Below, piece by piece: positions 9,533 to 17,798 of a stretch of DNA of 64,000 nucleotides. The stretch's first letter is position 1. The number at the start of each line of letters is the position of its first letter. This DNA comes from Chitinophagales bacterium (GTDB taxonomy: Bacteria > Bacteroidota > Bacteroidia > Chitinophagales > Chitinophagaceae): assembly GCA_017303415.1 (NCBI GenBank), contig JAFLBJ010000002.1, positions 1 through 64,000 on the forward strand. Reading direction: 5' to 3'. The notes under the pieces were generated by a model. The model was not told where the DNA came from, did not search any database, and saw only the letters and a program-made list of their open reading frames with translations. Both the position numbers and the translations under genes were made by a program.

Positions 9533-9819
9533 AACCTTCTCTTATATAAAATTTTCCAAATCCGTTACTTCCAATCCTTGGGGGGATAAAAATTGCATTT
9601 TTTGCTATCAGCTTATTTTTTTTTGCGAATTCCTGAAATTGGCGTGCTGTAAGAACTTTGTATGTCGCCCCGTCAAAATAATTAAAGTACCTCGGTACCA
9701 TAACTCGTTTATTTATTTTGTTTAGGATTCAATCCGATTATATCACAAAGTTGACTGAAAACTAAATGCCAGAAAACAGCATTTACACGACAAAATACAC
9801 GACAACAAAGTGGTGGAAA

Positions 9820-10557
9820 CTATCCTTCGAGATGGATGCTAAACATGATCATTCTTGACTGGATCCGGTCAAAAATATTGGAGTATTTCAGGGATTCATC
9901 ACGGCTATGGATATTCCGCAGGCCGTTGCTTATTTTGATCTCCGGGGAGAAGATAAAACTGGGGAAATAGAAATTGAAACCGATTCCTGCTTCCACGCCA
10001 TAATCGAACTTTTGGAGTTTGACCAGGTCTTCGGCCCTTTTGGCGCGGGCATTGGCGGCAAGATCGAGATCGGCTTTAACCCCTCCGAGCATATATACCC
10101 GAAAGTTGCCGATCCGGTCGCTATTGAATTTTAATTGAAAAGGAAACGAGAAGATCACCGATTCTATGTTTTTGGTGATATTGGTGCCGTCCAGGGGATC
10201 GGGATATTTCAGGGTATAGGCGATATTCCGCTGATTGAACATCAGGGTGGGGTTGAAACGGGCTTCGAGGCGGTTGGTAATCGGTGCGGTAGCATGTAAA
10301 CCCAGTTGAAAACCTACGGCATTCAATGGTTGGGCCACCATCACGGAATCATATTGAAGGAACCGGGGGTGTTTTTCTGCATGAAAACTGGCTTGTTGAA
10401 AACCCAGGGTGATACCAAAATAATAAGGTTTGGCATCATGGTCAGGTTGGTTGAGTTCAACCATTTGGGCGGCAATGGGAGAAAAGGACCCGGTGAATCC
10501 AAGGATCAAAACGAAAGGGATCAGCTTGCGGACTTTCTTCCATTGTAGATGCAACAT
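9820..10557 (-). CDS. PorT-family outer-membrane beta-barrel protein
   Basis: Signal peptide. About 245 aa. Beta-strand alternation. C-terminal ...FSIHLEG. Resembles the Bacteroidota PorT/OmpA-like barrel family. Confidence 0.5.
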   Translation of the reverse strand: MLHLQWKKVRKLIPFVLILGFTGSFSPIAAQMVELNQPDHDAKPYYFGITLGFQQASFHAEKHPRFLQYDSVMVAQPLNAVGFQLGLHATAPITNRLEARFNPTLMFNQRNIAYTLKYPDPLDGTNITKNIESVIFSFPFQLKFNSDRIGNFRVYMLGGVKADLDLAANARAKRAEDLVKLQKFDYGVEAGIGFNFYFPSFIFSPEIKISNGLRNIHSRDESLKYSNIFDRIQSRMIMFSIHLEG

Positions 10558-11267
10558 ATTCCAAAACTTAGCGGTTTAAACCCCGTTTGGGTAAAACCGG
10601 TACTCTTTAACAGGTTAACAAAATCAGCTCGATCGGGGAAAGCGGCAGATGATTCTTTCAGGTACTCGTAGGCTTCCTTGTTCTGTTTCAGCCAACGGGC
10701 CACTTGCGGGGCCACCAAACCCATATACAGGTTGTAAATCTTTCTGAATCCCGAATTCCTTGGCCTGGAAAACTCCAGCACAACCAATTTCCCACCTGGC
10801 TTCAGGACGCGGAGCAATTCGCCCAGTCCCTTTTCCAGATTCTCGAAGTTGCGTACCCCAAACGCAACCATTATGCCATCAAACGACGCATCAGGAAAAT
10901 TTATTGCCTCCGCATCGCCTTTTAGCAATTGTATATGATTTGTAAGCCCTTCTTTTTCAACCTTTTGCCTGCCAATGTCCAGCATCTGCGCCGAAAGGTC
11001 GATACCGGTGACCTTGTCGGGTTTTAACATTTTACAGGTGAGAATGGCCATATCCGCTGTGCCGGTAGCCACATCCAGTATCTGTTTTGGCTGGTCTTCC
11101 TGCAAAATACGGATGGCTTTTTTCCTCCATCCAATATCGATCCCAGCTGATAAAAACCGGTTCATCAGGTCGTATCGACCGGCAATCCGGTCAAACATTT
11201 CCTCTACCTGTTCCTTCTTGCCCTTGCTCGATTCCGAAAAGGGTTTAATATGATCGTGTGGCTGCAT
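10521..11267 (-). CDS. ubiE: Demethylmenaquinone/ubiquinone C-methyltransferase
   Basis: SAM motif ILDVATGTADMA. Family-typical N-terminus (EMFDRIAGRYDLMNRFLSAG). VLEFS motif. 248 aa. Confidence 0.85.
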   Translation of the reverse strand: MQPHDHIKPFSESSKGKKEQVEEMFDRIAGRYDLMNRFLSAGIDIGWRKKAIRILQEDQPKQILDVATGTADMAILTCKMLKPDKVTGIDLSAQMLDIGRQKVEKEGLTNHIQLLKGDAEAINFPDASFDGIMVAFGVRNFENLEKGLGELLRVLKPGGKLVVLEFSRPRNSGFRKIYNLYMGLVAPQVARWLKQNKEAYEYLKESSAAFPDRADFVNLLKSTGFTQTGFKPLSFGICCIYNGRKSAS

Positions 11268-11311
11268 AGCGGCGCAAAGTTAGGAGGAAAATATCGGTTA
11301 TCTTGCAGAAT

Positions 11312-11372
11312 AGAGATGACAGATGACAGATGACGGATGTTGGACCGTCATCCGTCATCTGTCATCCGTCCA
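11312..11372. repeat. Heptamer-tandem hairpin element, family F1 (GATGACA/GATGACG/GATGTTG units). Sits in the ubiE/engB divergent intergenic region
   Basis: 'gatgacagatgacagatgacggatgttggaccgtcatccgtcatctgtcatccgtcc': the left arm of 7-mers pairs with right-arm reverse complements, giving a 13 bp or longer stem. Confidence 0.8.
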
Positions 11373-11387
11373 CCATCATCACTCTAT

Positions 11388-12026
11388 ATGCAGATTCATT
11401 CAGCTACCTACCTCATTTCCTCCGCCTACTGGGACAAATGCCCCAAACCCGACAGACCGGAATATGCCTTTATTGGCCGGAGCAATGTGGGTAAATCTTC
11501 CCTTATCAATATGCTCTGTGACAACCAGAAATTGGCAAAAACCTCTGCATCCCCGGGAAAAACACAATTGATCAACCATTTTGAGATTCTATCTAAAAAA
11601 GGGGAGAGGTCCAAGGCACAAAAATGGTATCTGGTTGACCTTCCCGGTTATGGCTATGCCAAAGTAGCGCAGAAGGACCGCCGTCGCTGGGAACAAATGA
11701 TCGAGAATTACCTGCGCAAACGGGAGAACCTGGTGAACGTATTTACCCTGATTGATAGCCGGCATACTCCTCAGGCTATCGATCTCGAGTTCATAGAGCA
11801 GTTGGGTAAATGGGGTATCCCTTTTTCGATCGTATTTACCAAGACCGATAAGAATAAACCCATGGCCACCCAGCGTAATATCAATGCTTTTCTGGATAAG
11901 ATGAAAGAGAATTGGGAATCGCTGCCTCCCTGGTTCACTACCTCTGCGCTTACTAAACTGGGTCGGGAGGAAATTCTCGACTACATTAATGACTTGAACA
12001 ACAGTGATAATATCCACACCCCTTGA
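11388..12026 (+). CDS. engB: Ribosome biogenesis GTP-binding protein EngB/YsxC/YihA
   Basis: G1 GRSNVGKSSLIN. G3 DLPGYG. G4 TKTDK. Start trimmed to MQIHSATY... at 11388; the ORF-caller start lies inside the repeat. Confidence 0.85.
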   Translation: MQIHSATYLISSAYWDKCPKPDRPEYAFIGRSNVGKSSLINMLCDNQKLAKTSASPGKTQLINHFEILSKKGERSKAQKWYLVDLPGYGYAKVAQKDRRRWEQMIENYLRKRENLVNVFTLIDSRHTPQAIDLEFIEQLGKWGIPFSIVFTKTDKNKPMATQRNINAFLDKMKENWESLPPWFTTSALTKLGREEILDYINDLNNSDNIHTP

Positions 12027-12397
12027 AAACAGGGCATTTTCCAACGATTTATAGGCTTATTTGAGTATCTTGCCCCCGGATTTAACCTTCATATGAAAAG
12101 ATTACTCTCTGAAAAGATCCTTGTACTAGCCTTGTTTGGAGTCGCCCTTTTCTTCTTCTACGTAGCGAATGAAGACACAAAGAAACTGGGAGTTCTTCAG
12201 AAGACCAGTTCCAGCCCCTCTCTATTCATGTCCAATCAGCCTGACTCTACTACCGATGCTTCGGCAAGCACAGAGTTTTTACGCTGATCAATTAATGTAA
12301 AATTTCAGATTATTTTTTTGAACAAAACGGTTGCGTTGGGGTGACAGGTATTTGCTGCCGTTTTTCCCGGCAGAAATCAATCGAAACCGGGGCGGGA

Positions 12398-12871
12398 TCA
12401 GTTTACGATCTTGTTGGCGCAACTACTGCTTGCAAAAGCCTCCGGTTTGGCCTTGAAAGCAAATCCCATACCCAGGATATATCCCATGGCTTCCCGCAAA
12501 GCATCATTGCTTTTGAATTGCGGGTTAGTATTGATATCCGCATGCACTTCCATGTCCACATTGTAAATAGTGAACAAATTGCAAAGCTCATACGCGATCT
12601 CAATACTCCTGGCTACTTCAGTCAGCATCCGTTCCTTGATGGTAAAGCGTTGACGGGTCTTGTCATTTTGTATGAACATGAACCCTCCGTGCCCCTCGCG
12701 CAAAAAGACAATGACCGTGGCAAATTCGGTCTCCTGTCCTTTCACCTGAGAGTCAGTGCCAATGCAAACCTTTAAGTGGAAACCTTTTTCCGTCTCACGC
12801 CGGATGGCGTTTTCAACGGCCTGGTAGATGGGGAGATCAATGGTTTCGCCATTAAATTTTCTCCAACGCAT
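12398..12871 (-). CDS. YkuK/DUF458-family RNase H-like protein
   Basis: 157 aa. CIGTDSQ motif, which I recall as characteristic of the YkuK family. Overlaps antisense ORF 12341-12775, which has no recognisable features. Confidence 0.45.
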   Translation of the reverse strand: MRWRKFNGETIDLPIYQAVENAIRRETEKGFHLKVCIGTDSQVKGQETEFATVIVFLREGHGGFMFIQNDKTRQRFTIKERMLTEVARSIEIAYELCNLFTIYNVDMEVHADINTNPQFKSNDALREAMGYILGMGFAFKAKPEAFASSSCANKIVN

Positions 12872-12950
12872 AGTAAAGAGGTTTTCCTAAGTTATCGAAA
12901 AACCTCCGGATTTGAGGAATCTTGTTTATTAAATGTGGATTAACCTAATG

Positions 12951-12985
12951 CAAAAAGCTAATAGCGCAAGGCTATTAGCTTTTAC
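12951..12985 (-). terminator. Rho-independent terminator built on a GCTAATAGC-loop-GCTATTAGC hairpin
   Basis: 'caaaaagctaatagcgcaaggctattagctttt'. On the minus strand the hairpin is followed by TTTTTG. Lies downstream of the 13003-14604 gene. Confidence 0.7.
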
Positions 12986-13002
12986 TATGTAGTCTTTATG
13001 GA

Positions 13003-14604
13003 TTAGTTTTTGAAGAATTTCTCTGTCCAAACCTGCCCATTTCCCATAAAGCGGATCAGGTAGATTCCAGATGCACCCGAACCCGTTTCAATGGAATTGA
13101 ACCCTTTCTGGATCTTTCCGGTGCGAATGGATCGTCCATTATAGTCGAGAACCTGGAATTGGTAATCGCCAGGACTGTTGACCGACAAGGTAGACCGTAC
13201 CTGGTTGCCGATCAGCGTTGGCTTGGTAAAGCTACCGGAACGGAGGATGATCGTATTGGAGTATTCTTTGCGACCGGTTTCAAGGGTGGCCATGATCCGG
13301 TATTGAATGGATTTGTTTTCGTTAAAGAACCAGGAGTAATTTCTTTTATCCGGACTTAGATTGACCAGCGTTTTGAATTGGCGTCCATCGGTGGAGTAGA
13401 GTATCGTTAATTGGGAGATCGGCTCATCAGCCAGAATGGACCACTCCAGGTTATGCAGGTTCTGGTCTGCAATACCATTGAGCCTGAGGTCTTGAATGGG
13501 GAGCAGGGTACCATCAATAAATCCGGCTTGTAAAGAATAAGAGCCCAGACTGCCGTATTCTGAAGCATACATATTTCCATCTCCATTTACACTGATATAA
13601 TAAGTGCCTGCAGATAAAATTGTGTCGATAAGAGAACTGAGTTGATTACCGGGATTATAGGTGCCAAGGGCATTGAAATATTGGTCGTAGATCACCACGT
13701 TCATATCCAGGTCAGATCCGGCATTACCCGTGCCAACATTGTAGGGAATGGCATCAAGCGTGAAGTTTCCGAATTCGGGGAGGTTAAACTCATAGTAATC
13801 GATATCGGTTGTACGTTCCACTACACCGTTGATGGTGAATTGCCCGGATACATCAAAACTCAGGTTGGTGGCAGCGGCAAAGTTATTACCGTTGTCATCT
13901 GTCCGGAAACCAAATCCATTGTAACTGCTCGTGATCACATCCAGATCGGATTGGATACTGGCGCAGCCAAATGAGTTAGGTCCATTATGCCATACGGTCA
14001 TATTCTGGTTATACCCGGCACCCATGATCGGGGCCCAACCAATTTCACCTGTTCCCTGCCCCCAATTGTATTCAGAGGTTTTAAAACAGGCACCATCGTA
14101 TGTGCTTTGGTGGCGAAGTCCGACCGTATGCCCGGCCTCGTGCGAAACGGCTTCGGCAATATTTTTTACATTATATCCAAACAAAGAAGAGAAAACAAAA
14201 CAGGGCGTTCCGTCTCCCCATTTAAAAGAATTTACATAGGCTACACCCCCTGCACCACTGCCATACCATTCGTAGGAGGAAGTAATGATCACGCGCATAC
14301 GGCTACTGGCCGGAGCAGCGGTGTATTTGGCTTCTTCGGTGGTGATATTGATATTAAAAGGACGATAATCTTCAGCCACACGGTTAAATACCTCGGTAAC
14401 CTGGTCATTGGTAAGGCCGGATGTGTTGGCAGAAAAGGGGCCGGAGAAATTCCAGACGGTGCCGGTGACATACATTCCATCAAAATCCAACAAAATAGTG
14501 GCACTGGCAGAAGGGAAGCTGTTAAGCACCGGCACCTGGGCTTGTGCAAAGACCAGGTGCGCGGTGAACAGGGCGGTAAGTACGGTTCGTAAAATGCTTT
14601 TCAT
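13003..14604 (-). CDS. Secreted zinc metalloprotease (HExxHxxGxxH metzincin-like) with a C-terminal T9SS sorting domain
   Basis: Signal peptide. HEAGHTVGLRH. C-terminal approximately 80 aa ...GIYLIRFMGNGQVWTEKFFKN, typical of a type A T9SS C-terminal domain. Confidence 0.7.
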   Translation of the reverse strand: MKSILRTVLTALFTAHLVFAQAQVPVLNSFPSASATILLDFDGMYVTGTVWNFSGPFSANTSGLTNDQVTEVFNRVAEDYRPFNINITTEEAKYTAAPASSRMRVIITSSYEWYGSGAGGVAYVNSFKWGDGTPCFVFSSLFGYNVKNIAEAVSHEAGHTVGLRHQSTYDGACFKTSEYNWGQGTGEIGWAPIMGAGYNQNMTVWHNGPNSFGCASIQSDLDVITSSYNGFGFRTDDNGNNFAAATNLSFDVSGQFTINGVVERTTDIDYYEFNLPEFGNFTLDAIPYNVGTGNAGSDLDMNVVIYDQYFNALGTYNPGNQLSSLIDTILSAGTYYISVNGDGNMYASEYGSLGSYSLQAGFIDGTLLPIQDLRLNGIADQNLHNLEWSILADEPISQLTILYSTDGRQFKTLVNLSPDKRNYSWFFNENKSIQYRIMATLETGRKEYSNTIILRSGSFTKPTLIGNQVRSTLSVNSPGDYQFQVLDYNGRSIRTGKIQKGFNSIETGSGASGIYLIRFMGNGQVWTEKFFKN

Positions 14605-14665
14605 AGTAGTAGGTGGTTGCGTTTTCGAAGGGCGGATAGGGATTAAAAACGGACCTAGCTGTCGA

Positions 14666-15133
14666 TCATTCGTTGATCAAATCATAAAAACCTTTTTTAA
14701 TAAAATAATAAGCATTCTTTTCCTGCACCAGTTCATAGGCATCCTGGTGCTGGAGACTAATGATCCTTCCGGTATACCGGACCGATCCATCGGCCTCCGT
14801 TATGCGGGCGATGTGCATCAGCGCTCCGTTGAAATTGGTCGAACGGATCGCTACACTGCGCACCGTACTGTCGCCGGGCTCAGATTTGGAGGTTACCACG
14901 CCACGGAAATCAAATCCATTTCCGAAGTTTCTATCTACACGTTGATCTTGCTGGACTTGTAAAAGGGATTGAAGCTCTGAAACAGAGCAGGGTATCCGTG
15001 ATGGTAATTCTTGAAAAAGGGTTGGTTTGGAAAGGTCCGGCTCCCGTACCGGTAATGGCTTGTCCTGCGCCGCGAGGGTCAGAACGAAACAGACACAGAC
15101 AAAGAGGAGGGAACCTCTTTTCAGGTTTTTCAT
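14666..15133 (-). CDS. Hypothetical secreted protein
   Basis: 155 aa. Signal peptide MKNLKRGSLLFVCVCFVLTLAAQ. Confidence 0.4.
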   Translation of the reverse strand: MKNLKRGSLLFVCVCFVLTLAAQDKPLPVREPDLSKPTLFQELPSRIPCSVSELQSLLQVQQDQRVDRNFGNGFDFRGVVTSKSEPGDSTVRSVAIRSTNFNGALMHIARITEADGSVRYTGRIISLQHQDAYELVQEKNAYYFIKKGFYDLINE

Positions 15134-15354
15134 TGTTTGGATTTTTTATAATAACGGATTTTTGCCCAGTAAATTTTATTACTGTTGCTTTCAGTGGGGA
15201 CGGATTTCAAAAATCAGTATTAATTTTTGCAAATGCAATGATTTACCCTTAGCATTTTTGAAATTCAGTAATAGTCGGTTAACAATACTGGTAATACTAC
15301 GTGGTGTAAATGCTAAGTACCGATGGGGTATGCCCGATGAAAATTTTACAATGG

Positions 15355-15720
15355 TTAGTATTGTCCCGTTGACAGCATGACCAGTGTACAAGCTTCCAGT
15401 GTTTGTATTCCCTGCTTTTGTGCCAGAGATAAAAGTTCATCATTCTCCGTTCCGGGATTAAAGATGATCCGCCGGGGTTGGAGAGAAAGGATATAATCGT
15501 AGTATTCTTTCTGATGTGTTGGGTTGAGATAGAGGGTAACGGTGTCAATGTTTTCCAAAACCTTTTTTTCGGTACCGATCAGGGTATCGCCAACCACGGT
15601 TTTCTTACGCCCGATAGCTTCTACCGGGTGTCCATGTGATTTCAACCGTTGTAAGGCCAGATAGCTGTACCGGGACGGATTGTCGGAAGCGCCGAGTATG
15701 AGGGTTTTTTTGGCAGACAT
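15355..15720 (-). CDS. CoA-binding domain protein (YccU-like)
   Basis: 121 aa. N-terminal KTLILGASDNPSRYSYLALQRLKSHGHPV, typical of the CoA-binding fold. Confidence 0.6.
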   Translation of the reverse strand: MSAKKTLILGASDNPSRYSYLALQRLKSHGHPVEAIGRKKTVVGDTLIGTEKKVLENIDTVTLYLNPTHQKEYYDYILSLQPRRIIFNPGTENDELLSLAQKQGIQTLEACTLVMLSTGQY

Positions 15721-15841
15721 ACTACAAAATTACCAGTATTTGAGGAATTATGGGATTACACGGATCCCCGCGTATTTGTTTCTCGCAGCCCCGCAAAGAT
15801 CTTGGCGAGCGCTGCGAGAAACTGTAGATTGAAAAAGTGCA

Positions 15842-16672
15842 CTACTTGTTTCCAAATAAAAAGAGTAGGAACAAAGCCATCCCACCTAATTGTACACCGG
15901 CGATCCAGGAATAGGATTTGAGGATGCCGGCATAACTCATTCTCCGGATATATTCCCGGAAAACGAGTACCACAAGCATCACCAGAAAAACCTTAACCGC
16001 CACCACTGATAACCAGGCTGCCGATACGATTAGCGGTATAAGCAGAAGATTGGAGGTCAGCGCCAGCATGTTCACCTGCCCCAGGAATTCAAAGGCCTTC
16101 TCTTTCTTTAAGAAAAATGCCAGGCTGAGGTTACAAACCACCAATAGAAAATGCCCTGTTTGTAATTCCCAAAAAGTGAGCGTGTAAGTGGGGATGGATT
16201 GGAGCAACTGGTGGGCTGGTATCAACATAAGGGTATTAAAGAGAAGCCCGAGGAAAAGAAATAATGTTCGATACCGATAGTCAAAAGAAGGTGAACAATC
16301 TATTTCGCCAGGCCCGCAAGGTATAGCGGTGATCACTTTGCGGTTATACGAAATGAGTTTGTATAATTTCCGAAGTAAAAAATTGATGGGTGCCCAATGC
16401 CCAATGGTCTTTACAACAGGCATCTTTCGACCCAGAATCTCCAACAAGGCATCAATGCCATAGAGTACCTTGCCGGTTTCTTTGTTTACCAGCGGGATCT
16501 CATTGGTGCCCTTCACAAAATCGATCTTTGACAGCCATTTTTCAGGGATAGCAGAAAAGGCCTGCCTCTCCTCTGGGGCTAATAAACCAGTCCTGACAAA
16601 GAATTTGGTATAACATACACAGAGTGGGCAATGATCGTCATAAAAAAGAATGGAGCTGTTCATGGTCGTCAT
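15842..16672 (-). CDS. DCC-family thiol-disulfide oxidoreductase (DUF393) fused to a polytopic membrane domain
   Basis: ILFYDDHCPLCV motif at the N-terminus. The C-terminal half has four or more TM helices. Confidence 0.6.
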   Translation of the reverse strand: MTTMNSSILFYDDHCPLCVCYTKFFVRTGLLAPEERQAFSAIPEKWLSKIDFVKGTNEIPLVNKETGKVLYGIDALLEILGRKMPVVKTIGHWAPINFLLRKLYKLISYNRKVITAIPCGPGEIDCSPSFDYRYRTLFLFLGLLFNTLMLIPAHQLLQSIPTYTLTFWELQTGHFLLVVCNLSLAFFLKKEKAFEFLGQVNMLALTSNLLLIPLIVSAAWLSVVAVKVFLVMLVVLVFREYIRRMSYAGILKSYSWIAGVQLGGMALFLLFLFGNK

Positions 16673-16697
16673 TTTTATAAGTAGATGAACGAAACGT

Positions 16698-17084
16698 TTA
16701 CTTGAGATGTATGAATTCCCGGCGACGAAGGGTTTTATATTCCTCCAGACAGATCAACGTATAATAAGGAGCCAGGATCAAGGGCAGGAATACCATCAGG
16801 TAGAGGTAGAAGATGAATAAGGGAACATCCCAGACACCGAGTAGAAGGGAGAGTAATCCCAATAGAAATAACACCAGTATGGTGAATTGGTAAATACGGC
16901 GGTGCGAAGAGGGAGTATATTGGTCTTTCAGCAGAATATGGGTAATCATACTTAAGATTTGCCAGCCCCCAACCACTGTATAAATCCACATAAAAGAAGT
17001 TCCTCCCTGCTGAATATAGTAAATGGTCCCGCCCAGGATCAAAAGAAGATTGGTGACGAGGTCCGCCAGTTTGATCGTTTTCAT
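16698..17084 (-). CDS. Hypothetical small membrane protein
   Basis: 128 aa with four predicted TM helices. Confidence 0.4.
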   Translation of the reverse strand: MKTIKLADLVTNLLLILGGTIYYIQQGGTSFMWIYTVVGGWQILSMITHILLKDQYTPSSHRRIYQFTILVLFLLGLLSLLLGVWDVPLFIFYLYLMVFLPLILAPYYTLICLEEYKTLRRREFIHLK

Positions 17085-17111
17085 TTCAATTAATTTTAAA
17101 ATCGGAGATGA

Positions 17112-17618
17112 TTACTTAAAGAACTTAACCAGGTTTCCTACAAACCAGTTCTCCTCGGCTTTGATCATTACATCGAGTGTACGATCAGCTTGTTGGCCAA
17201 GCTTTTTGATTCCACTTACCGTATCCACAAAGGTTTTTACCTTTTTATCCTTCTTGTCACCTTCAACCGCCTCAAGCTTATTAAGCAAATCGAGCATGGG
17301 TTCCAATTCCCTTTTCTTCCGCTCTTTAACGATCTGCTTGACCACTTTCCAGATATCCTTCTCCGCACTAAAATATTCCTTTCTTTCCCCGGAGAGGATC
17401 ACCCTTTCGACCAGACCCCAGTTAATGAGTTCACGAATGTTCATGTTGGTATTCCCCCGGCTGATGTTCAATTCTTCCATGATGTCGTCCTGGGTCAGGG
17501 GGTCAGGACTTACCAGCAATAAGGCATGTATCTGTGCCATGGTGCGGTTGATCCCCCAATGGGTACCAAAACCACCCCAGCTGCTGATGAATTGTTGTTT
17601 GGCTTCAGTGAGTTTCAT
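17112..17618 (-). CDS. Winged-helix transcriptional regulator (GbsR/MarR-like)
   Basis: HTH region QDDIMEELNISRGNTNMNIRELINWGLVERV. 168 aa. Charged C-terminal helix. Confidence 0.6.
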   Translation of the reverse strand: MKLTEAKQQFISSWGGFGTHWGINRTMAQIHALLLVSPDPLTQDDIMEELNISRGNTNMNIRELINWGLVERVILSGERKEYFSAEKDIWKVVKQIVKERKKRELEPMLDLLNKLEAVEGDKKDKKVKTFVDTVSGIKKLGQQADRTLDVMIKAEENWFVGNLVKFFK

Positions 17619-17676
17619 GGTGTAAAATTAGAGATTGTTACTGAAGTTTCAAAAAATATTGAAAGAAAAGTTTTAA

Positions 17677-17796
17677 ACGTGAGACGTCAATCGTGAGACG
17701 TCAATCGTGAGACGTCAATCGTGAGACGTGAATCGTGAGACGTGAGGCGTGAGTTGCTTCTCACGTCTCACGCCTCACGCCTCACGCGCCTCACGT
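17677..17796. repeat. Tandem-repeat hairpin element, family F2 (CGTGAGA/CGTGAGG units). Has three 14-mer direct repeats CGTGAGACGTCAAT plus a 20 bp hairpin
   Basis: 'cgtgagacgtcaat' occurs three times, followed by 'cgtgagacgtgaggcgtgag ttgcttc ctcacgtctcacgcctcacg'. Confidence 0.8.
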
Positions 17797-17798
17797 TA

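Noticed and set aside
11323-11571. ORFs 11323-11571 and 11337-11387 that extend engB into the heptamer hairpin
   Set aside because: The conserved EngB N-terminus begins at Met 11388. The upstream residues are repeat-encoded.
12341-12775. 144-aa plus-strand ORF overlapping the YkuK-like gene
   Set aside because: The minus-strand frame carries the CIGTDSQ family motif. The plus-strand peptide has no recognisable features.
13987-14592. 201-aa plus-strand ORF
   Set aside because: It is antisense to the T9SS metalloprotease gene.
17677-17796. Possible CRISPR array, given the tandem short repeats
   Set aside because: The units are only 7-14 bp. There are no unique spacers of 25-40 bp and no cas genes nearby. 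The arms are inverted copies that form hairpins.
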